A stretch of 64,000 nucleotides of DNA from Cyanidioschyzon merolae. Taxonomy: Eukaryota. A model generated the notes under the pieces. The model did not search any database, was not told the DNA's origin, and worked only from the letters and a program-made list of their open reading frames with translations. Position numbers and translations under genes: made by a program. This document shows, piece after piece, positions 10,426-20,646 of this stretch. How positions within the stretch are numbered: position 1 is the stretch's first letter; the number at the start of each line of letters is the position of its first letter. The DNA is taken from assembly GCA_000091205.1 (NCBI GenBank), contig AP006501.2; one strand, written 5' to 3'.

Positions 10426-13371
10426 GTGGCGACTCTCTCGGTCAGTTTTAAAGTTATGCATCGAGTACGCTCCCGTGCGTCGTTCTCTAACCGCTCTAGT
10501 GAAGACCTCGTTCAGGTGCCGCCGGGTCTTGAGTTGGACGAAGAGGAGCTCGCGCTCCTGGAGCAACAGCGCCAGCTCGAGAACGCCTTAGCACGACACG
10601 AGCACGGCAATGTTCCCCGATCTCTTTCTCGACGCATCCTGGACTATATGGTCCAGAGCAGCGACGGCGCTGATCTGAGAACGAATCAGTCAATTCTGGG
10701 CACGGAGTCGAGGGCGTTTCCGGAATGGAGCACGTTTCAGCGCCCGGTAGCACGGAAGGGTCCACGATACGACGAGCTTCGACTGGGCGAGCTACTTGTA
10801 CGACGTGGTCACCCGTTGCCGTACGGCGTGAGCCTGAGCCCGGAGGGCACGAATTTCGCTATTTTCACAGATGAGGAGGAGCATGTGGCCCTGATCCTTT
10901 ATCCGGCCAAGTCGCGGCGTCAGCTAAGGCACGAGCGTTTGCAGTCTGCAGCTGCTGCATCTATCGAAAGCGCCACGCCTGTGACCTCGAATACTGAGAA
11001 GTCCGCACCCAAGACAGACTCTCACAGTGGCGAGCATGTCATGGACAAACAAACCGAAACTGCACCACCCAGCGACGCATCGCAAGAGACGGGTGCGAGA
11101 GAAAGTTCCGAGAGCACGCCCGCTAGGACAGAGTCTGCTGCTTCTGCGCTGTTGCGCAGGAATCGGGCGCCGTTTATCGTTCGCGAGAGCAGCACGGACG
11201 ACGAGGACCGCTTTGAAGACGTCCGTTCGAACGCTGGTAGCACCGGCGGAAGCACACCGCGAGCGATGAGCGAAGGCCTCGAAGATCCCAGTAACAACGA
11301 TGCGGTGATGACCACGAGCGCGCTCCAGAGCAGCACAAGGCAAGCAAAGTCGGTACTGGCTACCGCACAAATTTTACCGCATCAGAGCGGACTGCTCTTC
11401 CCGATGGATTGGTTTTTACCGGTCCCAAGTATTGACGACGCAAAACCTCTAATTATCGAACTTGATCCTGTCATCCATCGAACAGGCCATGTTTGGCACG
11501 TACAGATCGCCCCAAATGTGGAACATTATGCCTATGCATGGCGCATCGGCGATCGACCAACGCGCTGGGGCTCAAACATCGTCCTCGATCCATACGCTAA
11601 ATGCGTTTTCTCTCCACCGAGTGCGGATTTCAACCGCCCACCGGGACCTTATCGGCCGATTTGTGGTGTTCCCGCTATTGGAGAACTCGATTTCGACTGG
11701 GATGGCGTCCTTCCTCCACGGTATCCGTTTAAGGACTTGATCATCTATGAGCTGCATGTGAGAGGTCTCACAAAGCAGACTACTTCGCCCTATGCGGGTA
11801 CCTACCTGGGCGTCATTGAAAAGATACCGTACTTGAAGCAACTCGGTATCAATGCAGTTGAATTGATGCCTTGCGCCGAATTCAACGAGACCGAATGGGA
11901 CATGCGAAATCCGAGCACCGGCGAACGATTGTGTCAGTTCTGGGGCTACTCACCGATCTCTTTTTTTGCGCCCATGAATCGTTATGCGATGCAGGGCTTT
12001 ACCTCGGCTGTGCGGGAATTCAAAACCATGGTTCGCGAGCTGCATCGCCACGGCATCGAGGTCATCCTTGATGTGGTTTTCAACCACACCGGGGAGTTTG
12101 GAGACGACGGACCGCCGCCCCTCTTTTACCACTTCAAAGGCCTCGCGCTGAGTACTTATTATATTCTGGATAGGAAGAATCAGTTTGCAAACTATAGCGG
12201 GTGTGGCAATTCGCTCAGTGCGAATCACGTTGTCACTGCGGAGTTCATCCATGAGTGTGTTCGGTACTGGGCTCTGGAGATGGGTGTCGACGGCTTTCGC
12301 TTTGACTTGGCTGCAGTGATGTGTCGAGACCCGCAAGGTCAGCCCATGGCGAGTCCGCCGGTAATCGAGCGGCTCAGCAAAGATCCCTGCTTACGGCACT
12401 TGAAACTGATCGCAGAACCATGGGATCTGGGTCAGTACCTGGTCGGACATTTTCCACATTACGGGTGCTGGGCGGAGTGGAATGGTCGCTTTCGAGACAC
12501 GGTACGGCGTTTCATTAAGGGAGATCCGCATCTGATCGGTGACTTTGCAACCCGTCTATGCGGCTCAGAGGATCTCTACGCGAACGGACGACGTCCGTGG
12601 CACTCCATCAACTTTGTCACCGCTCATGATGGATTCACCCTCTACGACCTGGTTTCCTACGCCGAAAAACATAACTGGGATAATGGTGAGGAAAACCAGG
12701 ACGGTGAAAGCCACAACAATAGCTGGAACTGCGGCTTCGAAGGCGACGGGACCCCGAATCCGAACATTTTCTTCCTGCGGCAGAAGCAGATGCGCAACTT
12801 TCTGGTAGCGTTGCTGATATCGACGGGTACCCCAATGGTGCTTATGGGTGATGAGTATGGCCATACACGTCGCGGAAATAATAACGCCTGGTGCCAGGAC
12901 AACGAGCTGAACTACATGGATTGGGATAAGGTTGCTCGCGATGAACGGGGTCTGGTTCGGTTCACGCGCCTCATGATCCTGTTCCGGCGGGTGAACACCT
13001 TCCTCTGTCGTCAGAACTTCGTCACCAGACACGACGTGAGCTGGATCCATGCCGACTGGAGTAGTGCCTACAACTTCCTGGTGATGAGAATCATCGATCC
13101 CGGAAACGATGACTTGCTGGTGGGGTTTAATGCCGGTCCCGAGCGGCGCACGGTCACTGTACCACCGCTGTCGAGCGATCGCCAGTGGCTCCGCATCGTG
13201 GACACCAATCTGGCTCCGCCGTTGGATTTCTGTAACGGAGATAATCCAACCAAGATCTACGGCACCTACGTCATGCAACCCTGGAGTTCGATTATTCTCC
13301 AGAGCCACCGCCGCAGCGTGCTCATCCAGAGCTTGGAAGAACACCTTCGCGGACGCGAAGCAGCCTCCTAG
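10426..13371 (+). CDS. Isoamylase-type glycogen/starch debranching enzyme (GH13)
   Basis: 981-aa ORF with YELHVRGLT, VILDVVFNHTGE, GVDGFRFDLAAVM, WAEWNGRFRD, FVTAHDGFTLYDLVSY and MGDEYGHTRRGNNNAWCQDN. Confidence 0.9.
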   Translation: MATLSVSFKVMHRVRSRASFSNRSSEDLVQVPPGLELDEEELALLEQQRQLENALARHEHGNVPRSLSRRILDYMVQSSDGADLRTNQSILGTESRAFPEWSTFQRPVARKGPRYDELRLGELLVRRGHPLPYGVSLSPEGTNFAIFTDEEEHVALILYPAKSRRQLRHERLQSAAAASIESATPVTSNTEKSAPKTDSHSGEHVMDKQTETAPPSDASQETGARESSESTPARTESAASALLRRNRAPFIVRESSTDDEDRFEDVRSNAGSTGGSTPRAMSEGLEDPSNNDAVMTTSALQSSTRQAKSVLATAQILPHQSGLLFPMDWFLPVPSIDDAKPLIIELDPVIHRTGHVWHVQIAPNVEHYAYAWRIGDRPTRWGSNIVLDPYAKCVFSPPSADFNRPPGPYRPICGVPAIGELDFDWDGVLPPRYPFKDLIIYELHVRGLTKQTTSPYAGTYLGVIEKIPYLKQLGINAVELMPCAEFNETEWDMRNPSTGERLCQFWGYSPISFFAPMNRYAMQGFTSAVREFKTMVRELHRHGIEVILDVVFNHTGEFGDDGPPPLFYHFKGLALSTYYILDRKNQFANYSGCGNSLSANHVVTAEFIHECVRYWALEMGVDGFRFDLAAVMCRDPQGQPMASPPVIERLSKDPCLRHLKLIAEPWDLGQYLVGHFPHYGCWAEWNGRFRDTVRRFIKGDPHLIGDFATRLCGSEDLYANGRRPWHSINFVTAHDGFTLYDLVSYAEKHNWDNGEENQDGESHNNSWNCGFEGDGTPNPNIFFLRQKQMRNFLVALLISTGTPMVLMGDEYGHTRRGNNNAWCQDNELNYMDWDKVARDERGLVRFTRLMILFRRVNTFLCRQNFVTRHDVSWIHADWSSAYNFLVMRIIDPGNDDLLVGFNAGPERRTVTVPPLSSDRQWLRIVDTNLAPPLDFCNGDNPTKIYGTYVMQPWSSIILQSHRRSVLIQSLEEHLRGREAAS

Positions 13372-13794
13372 ACACTGTAAAATGTTGATGAAACCTCGCT
13401 GTGAAGTCGGATGGCTTGATTCAGGGAACAAATCCCTTGTACAGCGTCGCTGTCGATATCGAAGTGGTGCCTCATGATCCAGAAGCAGGAATGCAGCATC
13501 AGCGGACCGTTTCACGTGCCACCAACTACACTACGTGCACATGAGGCAGCTTTGTGGCGGGGGTTTTCCAGCGCCGTCCGCGATCGCTACCAACGGTATG
13601 CCTGCTGCGCACCGGTAAATACCAACGCAGTAGGCTCAGCTGTGTTCGCTATAGCAGTGGTACCTTTTTGGGCAGTATCATTGAGAAATTCCTGACCACG
13701 GTGAACGCGACGGCTGCGTGTCGCCGTGAAAGCGTCGTATATTTGGACAGTGCGAGTAGGAAACTCACGTGTGCAAAACGAGGTATATACGTAT

Positions 13795-13908
13795 GGGAAT
13801 GCATGCATGCATGCATGCATGCAAAAACACGTGTCTATGCGAATGAAAGCACGCATGGTATCGAAGCTTTTCACGTATGTGAGTGCATGCATGCATGCAT
13901 GCATGCAC
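13795..13908. repeat. Two blocks of (GCAT)n microsatellite in a convergent intergenic region
   Basis: gcatgcatgcatgcatgc at ~13795-13831 and ~13881-13908. Confidence 0.9.
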
Positions 13909-14090
13909 TCACAAACGCGTAGCCATAAACATAAAAACCAATAACACTGAGGTCTACATGATTTTACCGCAGCGGCTTCGAGGCTATCGGCAAGCGCAGC
14001 AAGTCGTAGCGGTATGCACATGGTACATAGCCACAAAGCGCGGTATCAGCACCGGCTGAGACGAGAGCTGCTTTCGCATGCCCTTCTCTC

Positions 14091-17081
14091 CTACGTCGAT
14101 GTTACCTGCTCCACTGGGGCACTATCGACACACAATTGGAGAAGGGCGCGATTCTCGTCACAAAGTCGCTCCAGGGTATCCCGATAGTGCAGAAGCGCTC
14201 GATGCAGTGCTAAAAGCGCAGCGTCCAGGCGATAGTTGCGCCCGACACGCAGCTGCCGCCGAGGCACGGGCTCGCCCTTCGTCCCAGTGGCCCGGGTGGC
14301 AGCCTCTCCGTGCCAGACGAGCAATGCACTGCACCAGCGCAGGAGATACTCCCAATGGCGAGAGCGCTTCAGTCGCAACGAACCAACAAGCGCCTCGGCC
14401 AAGAGTGAGATGAGGGTCGGTACGTGGACAGCGGAAAGCGCGCGGACAACGATGTCGACTTGGTCCGCTGGAACATGCCCCAGCATGTCGTAGACGTAGC
14501 CTGGTTCGTTGAGCCGAAGCGCGAGCGAGAGCGCCAGGGCCCAGCGACCCTCGCGAATCGCTTGGAGCATATTCGACGGCGTGACGTCCACGGCCAGATC
14601 CACGGGATCAAAGGCAGCTCCGAGCGAGCCTCGCCAGAGTGGAGCCGCCGTCGCAAAACTTCCCAAGGCGTGTGCAAAGAGAAACAGCCCGTCGGTGGTC
14701 GCAGCCGCCCAGGTTTCCGTTCCGGGTGCAACCTGGATGCTCTGGACACGAAGCATACGCGCAGAACGCTTTCGATCACGATGCTCGTGCAGGATTCGGA
14801 GTGCTAGGCGATGCGTTCGTGTCTCAGATGATGGGGTTTTGGCGGCGAGCGCACGCAGAAGCTTGTTTTCGGAGGCTGGTGCTGCCGAGGTCGCTGGTGC
14901 TGCCTTCGCCGCTGATCGTCGTTCGCATATAAAAGTCGGAAAGAGTTCGATCCGGCGGATGCATTGCAACGTCGCACGGCTGTACACGAGTACACCAGTA
15001 GCATCGCCGCCACTAGCAAGCAAGAACTGCCCATCCGTTGTGTAGCAAAGAGTGGACACGTAGGGCGCGTCTCGGGCTCCGGCTGCCTCACAGTCTCGGC
15101 GCGTTTCAAGAGTTGCTCGCACGGTAGCGAGGCGCGTATCCCACAGGGTGAGCGTCCCATCCGCTGTCGCACTAACCAGCTCACGCCCGTCGGGATGGAA
15201 GGCCATAGTCAGAACCTCCTTCGCGTGACGCAGCACCTGCGCATCAAGACGGCTCCCGGTCGCGAGCAGCGCCCAGAGTCGCACGGTGCCGTCCCAGGAC
15301 GCCGAGGCCAAACGCAAGCCCTCTGCTTCCGCTGTGACGCCGTTGAAAGCGACCGCAGAAATTGGAGCTTCATGCCCAGCAAGCGTCTCCAGGAGCTGCC
15401 CCGTGCGCACATGCCATACGCAGACAACGAACGGCTCTTTGCAACCGGCAGCGACCAGATCTCCGCTCTCATCTGCCGCAAGGCAGGTAAAAGGATAGCT
15501 TACACCGCTGGAGGCGCCAGCTGGTCCACGCAGCGTCCTAAATGCTCGATAGCGCTTCAAGTCGATCGCTCGCACAGTGCCGTCTGTGGAACAGGAAAAA
15601 AGGACGCCGCTCCGTTGGGAAAAAGCAAGCCCCGTTAAGCGTTGCGTGTGCAAATCATCCAGGGTCAATGCACAGAACCCGGTGAACGTTGACCAGAGTT
15701 TCACAAGACCGTCCGCGGCACCAGTAGCGATCACATCTCCTCTCGGTGCGTAGGCGAGGCAGGTTAGGTCCAGCCAGTGCCCCTGCTGTTTCAGCACGTA
15801 CTTTTCACTGGTCCATTCCCAGACAATGAGCGCCGACGTCAAAGCAGAAGCGAGCGCAATCCATTCTCCATCAGGATGAATGGTGATCGCCGATAATGGT
15901 GCTGCCGAAACCGAAAACTGCTGCACAAGCCGCGTCATCACCCCCGGCTCGGGCTGGGGCTCAAGCTCCACCAGCATAAGAACGCCATTCGAAAGACCCA
16001 GGGCAAGGAGCCGACGCTTCATGAGCGCATGCGCACATGTGACGCGCACATGCCGCGGCTGACGACTACCCTCGCTGCCAATGAAGAGGTTCGTCTTGTT
16101 CAAACAACGAACCAGCTCTCGGTGTGCATTCCGGCGGCGACCGGAGCGCGTCCGCGTTCCTGTACCGTTGCTGGCGGTTGCATCGTTTCCACGCTTCTTC
16201 GCCAGTGTTTCGCTGAGACCGTTTAACGCAGGCAATGGAGGTGCATCCTCAAGGATGCCGTCCGGCTCGTGAACGGACTCCATTGCTCGTTCCCGCTCAT
16301 CGATGGATGCTGTGGCCTCGCGAGCGATTCGCCAGGTGATCAGTGTGCCGTCCACGCTCAGAGAGTAGGCTTGGGTATCATCCTGCCCAAAAGCAGTCCA
16401 CAGGATCACGTCTCGATGGCCTCGCAAGGATATCGGTGCGTCAAAGCCACCGTTGGCGTGCACAAGCCGCAGACTGTGGTCTCGCGCACCCGACAACAGC
16501 AGTTGCCCCGAAGGCGACCACGCCAGTGCAGTCACCTGATCAGGGTGTGCAGCTATCGTTTTTACGCGAACGAACGGCGCAAACTCCGGAAGAAACGCTC
16601 GGTCCGTGGGAACCTGCCAGATCTGCAGGCTAGAACCGACGCCTACGGCTAAGCGCTCACCGTCCGGGGCAAAGAGAGCTTGCTGGACGGCCCCACCGCA
16701 GAAGCGAAAGCGGTGCAGGACAGCCCCTGACACAAGACTTATGAAGAGCGCTCGGCCATCTACGTCTACTGCAAGCAGATAATCACCAGATGCTGCTGAA
16801 CTGAGAGCAAGGACTTCGATGTCAGCGCGAGAGATCGCATCAAGTGTCCGACTCCCGGCAGAAACGAGACTGAACGCCACCACACGGTTGCCGACCGGTG
16901 ACAAGATTGTCTCCCCATCAGGTGTAAACACTAGATTCCCACCAGTGAATGACTTGCCTAAAACATTCACCAGTCGATACCCGAACGCAACCATGGAACG
17001 CTCGCGACAAGGCGTTTTCCCGGTGTCTCTGAACGTTCCGTCTAGGCAGCGTCGCCGAACAGCGCTTCGTGCGGATGCCAA
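14091..17081 (-). CDS. PWP2: Periodic tryptophan protein 2 (PWP2/UTP1), WD40 component of the SSU processome
   Basis: N-terminus LVNVLGKSFTGGNLVFTPDGETILSPVGNRV matches the PWP2 start; multiple WD repeats and a C-terminal Utp12-like region; 996 aa with no frame breaks. Confidence 0.85.
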   Translation of the reverse strand: MASARSAVRRRCLDGTFRDTGKTPCRERSMVAFGYRLVNVLGKSFTGGNLVFTPDGETILSPVGNRVVAFSLVSAGSRTLDAISRADIEVLALSSAASGDYLLAVDVDGRALFISLVSGAVLHRFRFCGGAVQQALFAPDGERLAVGVGSSLQIWQVPTDRAFLPEFAPFVRVKTIAAHPDQVTALAWSPSGQLLLSGARDHSLRLVHANGGFDAPISLRGHRDVILWTAFGQDDTQAYSLSVDGTLITWRIAREATASIDERERAMESVHEPDGILEDAPPLPALNGLSETLAKKRGNDATASNGTGTRTRSGRRRNAHRELVRCLNKTNLFIGSEGSRQPRHVRVTCAHALMKRRLLALGLSNGVLMLVELEPQPEPGVMTRLVQQFSVSAAPLSAITIHPDGEWIALASALTSALIVWEWTSEKYVLKQQGHWLDLTCLAYAPRGDVIATGAADGLVKLWSTFTGFCALTLDDLHTQRLTGLAFSQRSGVLFSCSTDGTVRAIDLKRYRAFRTLRGPAGASSGVSYPFTCLAADESGDLVAAGCKEPFVVCVWHVRTGQLLETLAGHEAPISAVAFNGVTAEAEGLRLASASWDGTVRLWALLATGSRLDAQVLRHAKEVLTMAFHPDGRELVSATADGTLTLWDTRLATVRATLETRRDCEAAGARDAPYVSTLCYTTDGQFLLASGGDATGVLVYSRATLQCIRRIELFPTFICERRSAAKAAPATSAAPASENKLLRALAAKTPSSETRTHRLALRILHEHRDRKRSARMLRVQSIQVAPGTETWAAATTDGLFLFAHALGSFATAAPLWRGSLGAAFDPVDLAVDVTPSNMLQAIREGRWALALSLALRLNEPGYVYDMLGHVPADQVDIVVRALSAVHVPTLISLLAEALVGSLRLKRSRHWEYLLRWCSALLVWHGEAATRATGTKGEPVPRRQLRVGRNYRLDAALLALHRALLHYRDTLERLCDENRALLQLCVDSAPVEQVTST

Positions 17082-17835
17082 GCAGCAAAAAACAGAGCTG
17101 TTCGGTCACTATCCAGTTGCTGAGAGGAAGGTTCTTTCCTTTCGGTATCACTTTGGATATTAGAGCTGTATATGAACGTTTACGTTGATCTAGAGAAGGA
17201 GTACAAGTACAGCACTTTATTGATAGGGTTGTCGGGAGGGTTTGAATCGTCTGAACTTCACAAGTTTACAACGACAAGTACAGCGAGCTTTGTGCAACCT
17301 GTTCACGACCGAGAACAGGACAGAGAAAGAGGGCGTGTGCATGTTGCAGACCTCGGGACACGCCACTGAGGCGTAGAACAATAGCACGTCACTTGGCGGA
17401 GACGTTAGTCCCAAACGAACAAGGCGGGAAAGCGTACAAATGCCAAAGTATGCCGACAGCTCTTGCCGTTCGGTGTGGAGCGCATCGTTGGGGAACGGAC
17501 GAACACGACGGTCAGCGTTTCATGGAGAACGCAACAAAAGAAGCCGCGACTGACGAGTAGTCGCTGCTGTGGCCGCGAGTGCAACTAGAGACGCAGGCTC
17601 TTCAGTAGACGCTCTCGTCTTGGCTCTCAGGTTTCGTTTATTACCGCTGGCTCATTCGGACTTGGCCTCTTACAGGTTGTCTCAGTGTACACACTAATTA
17701 GCCGCACACATGGAAGCCTACACGGATGTACCCAACTACGACTACAATCTAGCTCAGACGACTCGCGGTGCTGCAAGGATCCGCATGAAAACCTGGTACA
17801 CGAGTCATCGCATAAGGTGTTCTATGTACCAAGCT

Positions 17836-19404
17836 TTACTGCGCTGGTGCGGATGCCTCCTGAAAAGGCCAGCCGAATTGCTGGAACACCTGGGAGAAGC
17901 GAGCTCGAGCATCTCCAGATACCGCTATTGAGATATGCCCGTCCAAATTCAGACGCAAATCAACTAGATCAGTGAAGAGGATAGTCGACTGCAGCGGCTC
18001 CGAAATGAGCCCTTCATGTAATCTTGCCGTCTGCACGTTGCAGCGCCTCAACGACGCACACTGCAGCGTGAAACGCGCCGGCGGGGTCAGCTCCCGCGCC
18101 GGTGACGCTGTGCTCAGGTCTATTGCCCGATGCAACGCCTCTGCGGCGTGACGTGGGTTTCCCCAAGTGGAGCCCAGGGGGCACACCAGGAGTCGCAGCC
18201 GACTCGTCTGGTTATCATCATCAGGTGATGCTTGATTCGGTGCACTGCGGATCGCGTCTTCGGCAGGTAATCGTTCACAGGCGAGCGCCTCCACGAGTGC
18301 CCGTAGAAGCTGAACATCGGAACCGGAACCGTCATATGCTACCAAGATCACAGGCAACGTCGGACACTGCGATTCTGCAGATTCACCATGCAGGGAAGTA
18401 GCGAGGGCGAGACGCAATCCCTCGAGCCAGTCTGTCACGACCTGCACAAGTTGCGGTTTCCATGGATACGATTCTAATTCACGCAGAAATCTGCTGACAA
18501 GATTTGCACGAATCATGCCATCGAACCATCGGGAAGCATCCGTACCGAGAAGGAGCAAACGCACTGAAAGCAGTCGCTGCAGAGCAGCCTGTGCGGGATC
18601 TTGGCTCGCATGCCGGTGCTCCACATGCGCTATAGCAAGCTGCTGAACTTGATTCTTCGTCTTCTGCTTTCTACCGCATCGCTCATCCTCATCCCGATCT
18701 AAGTGCGTAAAGTCATCGAAAAGAGCGCTTTCCCGGCGCAGCAGCGGGTTGCGCTCGGTATCGCTCACTCGTCCGATCGAAGTGTAGCCCGCATCGTACA
18801 GACTACAGTACTCCAGGTGGAACGTCCGCAAAAAGCGCCAAACCGCCCGATATGACCAGTGCAGGATCGGATTCACGCGCAGAAACGAGGGCCATTCGGG
18901 GCTCGACGGGCTCAGATGCTCCTGGCTGGGTCCGTCCGGGTCTATCCAGCGCGTTCCCAGAAGAAAACAACGCACACGCGGACGTATCTCTGTTAAATAA
19001 GTCTTAAGACCATGAAAAATTCCCCCGGGTACTCGATCAAAAACCAGCTGGTCGGCGTAGCGGCGGGACCAGTCTGCCACAAACTCGAGCACTTCGGGAA
19101 ACTGCTCCTGAGGATCCGGTTCCTCAAAAAATACTGCTTGAATGTGTGGTGCCGGCTTGCGTTCTTTATATAGAGACTGAAAGGCTGCTCGTGTTAAATG
19201 GAAAACAACAGTGGCGTCCTTGCCTCCATTAAAACTCAAGGCAACCTCCTCCGGTTCAAAAATGCGCAGAACGCCACGCAGCAGTTGGAGCGAGCTGGTA
19301 ACCCCAGGAGCCAGATCGGGTGCGACCTGTTCGATGCACTCTAATTGTTTCCATAGAGGCTCTTCATTTTCTGTTTGACTATCATCTTTACCGACACCAA
19401 GCAT
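17836..19404 (-). CDS. FAD1: FAD synthase (FMN adenylyltransferase; PAPS-reductase-like domain) with a C-terminal extension
   Basis: ALSFNGGKDATVVFHL, LLGTRWIDP, NPILHWSYRAVWRFL and DAGYTSIG match the yeast FAD1 blocks. Confidence 0.75.
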   Translation of the reverse strand: MLGVGKDDSQTENEEPLWKQLECIEQVAPDLAPGVTSSLQLLRGVLRIFEPEEVALSFNGGKDATVVFHLTRAAFQSLYKERKPAPHIQAVFFEEPDPQEQFPEVLEFVADWSRRYADQLVFDRVPGGIFHGLKTYLTEIRPRVRCFLLGTRWIDPDGPSQEHLSPSSPEWPSFLRVNPILHWSYRAVWRFLRTFHLEYCSLYDAGYTSIGRVSDTERNPLLRRESALFDDFTHLDRDEDERCGRKQKTKNQVQQLAIAHVEHRHASQDPAQAALQRLLSVRLLLLGTDASRWFDGMIRANLVSRFLRELESYPWKPQLVQVVTDWLEGLRLALATSLHGESAESQCPTLPVILVAYDGSGSDVQLLRALVEALACERLPAEDAIRSAPNQASPDDDNQTSRLRLLVCPLGSTWGNPRHAAEALHRAIDLSTASPARELTPPARFTLQCASLRRCNVQTARLHEGLISEPLQSTILFTDLVDLRLNLDGHISIAVSGDARARFSQVFQQFGWPFQEASAPAQ

Positions 19405-19557
19405 ACGGCTGTTGCCCTGCGCGTCCTATTGTACGTTCCCAGGGCGACACGTCCCGCGAACCCCGCTGGCTCACAGAAGCAGAAACCGGAGGGGTGCGCT
19501 CCACGCTGCCGGATCCGCCTCCGCGTCGAGCACATCGCTGCGTTTTTGCTCAGTTTT

Positions 19558-19813
19558 ACAGAATGTTTCCATGGACTAGGGATACCAGATTGCGGGATGG
19601 ATATTGGCATTCGGGAGTGTGCCCATCATGATGCAACCTATGCTCAAGTTCCATGATGCATACTTTTTCTCGGGGGTGTACTGGTCGATTTGAATGTTGT
19701 ATCATGCGGCGAGTACCTGCCTTGCTGCAGCCGCTATACCGCCTATACCGCTGGTGTGGATGCAACCTAGAGACAGAACAGTTTTGCTGTATCGCAGAGG
19801 GCTTCGACTCGAG
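19558..19813. repeat. Inverted repeat, left arm (partner 24333-24578, ~95% identical)
   Basis: Reverse-complement identity seen directly; the spurious ORFs 19556-19765(-) and 24372-24782(+) translate identically. Confidence 0.85.
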
Positions 19814-19831
19814 AATGTAAACTTAACCTTC

Positions 19832-20545
19832 TCAAAGGCGCCTCTCGGCCTTTTTCGACCGGCCACCTGCTATCGGATTGAGTTTCTTTCTGTGCATATC
19901 GAGCCTGAGAGGCTGGCCCACAAAGCTGAATCGCATCAGCTCCTGGGGTCTCGTATCCAATACCGCACATGGTCTGATTTTGATGACGACGTTGAAGCCT
20001 CGATGCACAAACTCCATGCGTTTCTTTCCTCTGATGGAACGCAAAAGTGCTAGGATTCCGAGAACTCGCGACCTCTCTCCGATTCCAATCGCGCCATCGT
20101 CCCACAGGGCAAACTCCTTTTCTCGCCCATCTCCCTGTTCTTCTTCTTCTTCGTCACTTGCCCTTCTTCGCTCGATCGTCAGCGATGAGAGGTGTTTTCC
20201 CCTTTTTTCGTCTGCCAGCAATAACCACCAACCAGGATTCCCGACTTTTATGTCCATATCCTTCCCTTAGATTGTCACCTTCGTCAAAATGAACGCACTT
20301 TGCGTATATCTGCTATGAGCGGAGAATAGACCTTTGATGACACGCACTTGCAGGTTTTTTCATGGACAAAACGTTTACCTAGGCCAGCGTTCTCCGATTA
20401 TGCGCATTTTTCTTTTCTTACTTTTTTTGTGTTATTTTTCCAGTGCGCGGGAAAGTATCTGTCGAACCGCACGCACTTGCAGGTGGAACGCAATTGAGTT
20501 GAACGGTCATGAGCGCAGCACCTGGACGCCGCTTCCGCTGCGCTC
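19832..20545 (-). mobile_element. Copy D of the Fanzor-like family: internal-deletion derivative (5' ~250 bp joined to 3' ~300 bp) with a nested R2 insertion
   Basis: 5' region homologous to A 7790-7960 (..VGNPGWW.. versus VGDPGGP / DDRGGAV). 3' region KKRMEFVHRGFNVVIKIRPCAVL...GGRSKKAERRL. 3' terminus ggccggtcgaaaaaggccgagaggcgcct at ~19843. Confidence 0.7.
20355..20469 (+). mobile_element. R2 MITE-like repeat inserted into the 5' region of copy D
   Basis: Flanked by a perfect 14-bp direct repeat cacgcacttgcagg (20341-20354 and 20470-20483). Fanzor-like homology resumes on the far side. Confidence 0.7.
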
Positions 20546-20646
20546 CGCAGCCGCTGGCGATCGACGGCGGCTGCGGCGGCGGCCAAATGGCGAGCACAGC
20601 AGTCTCGTTGGCGTGAAGCGCGAGCATTTCTTCTCTCGAAGAGCTT

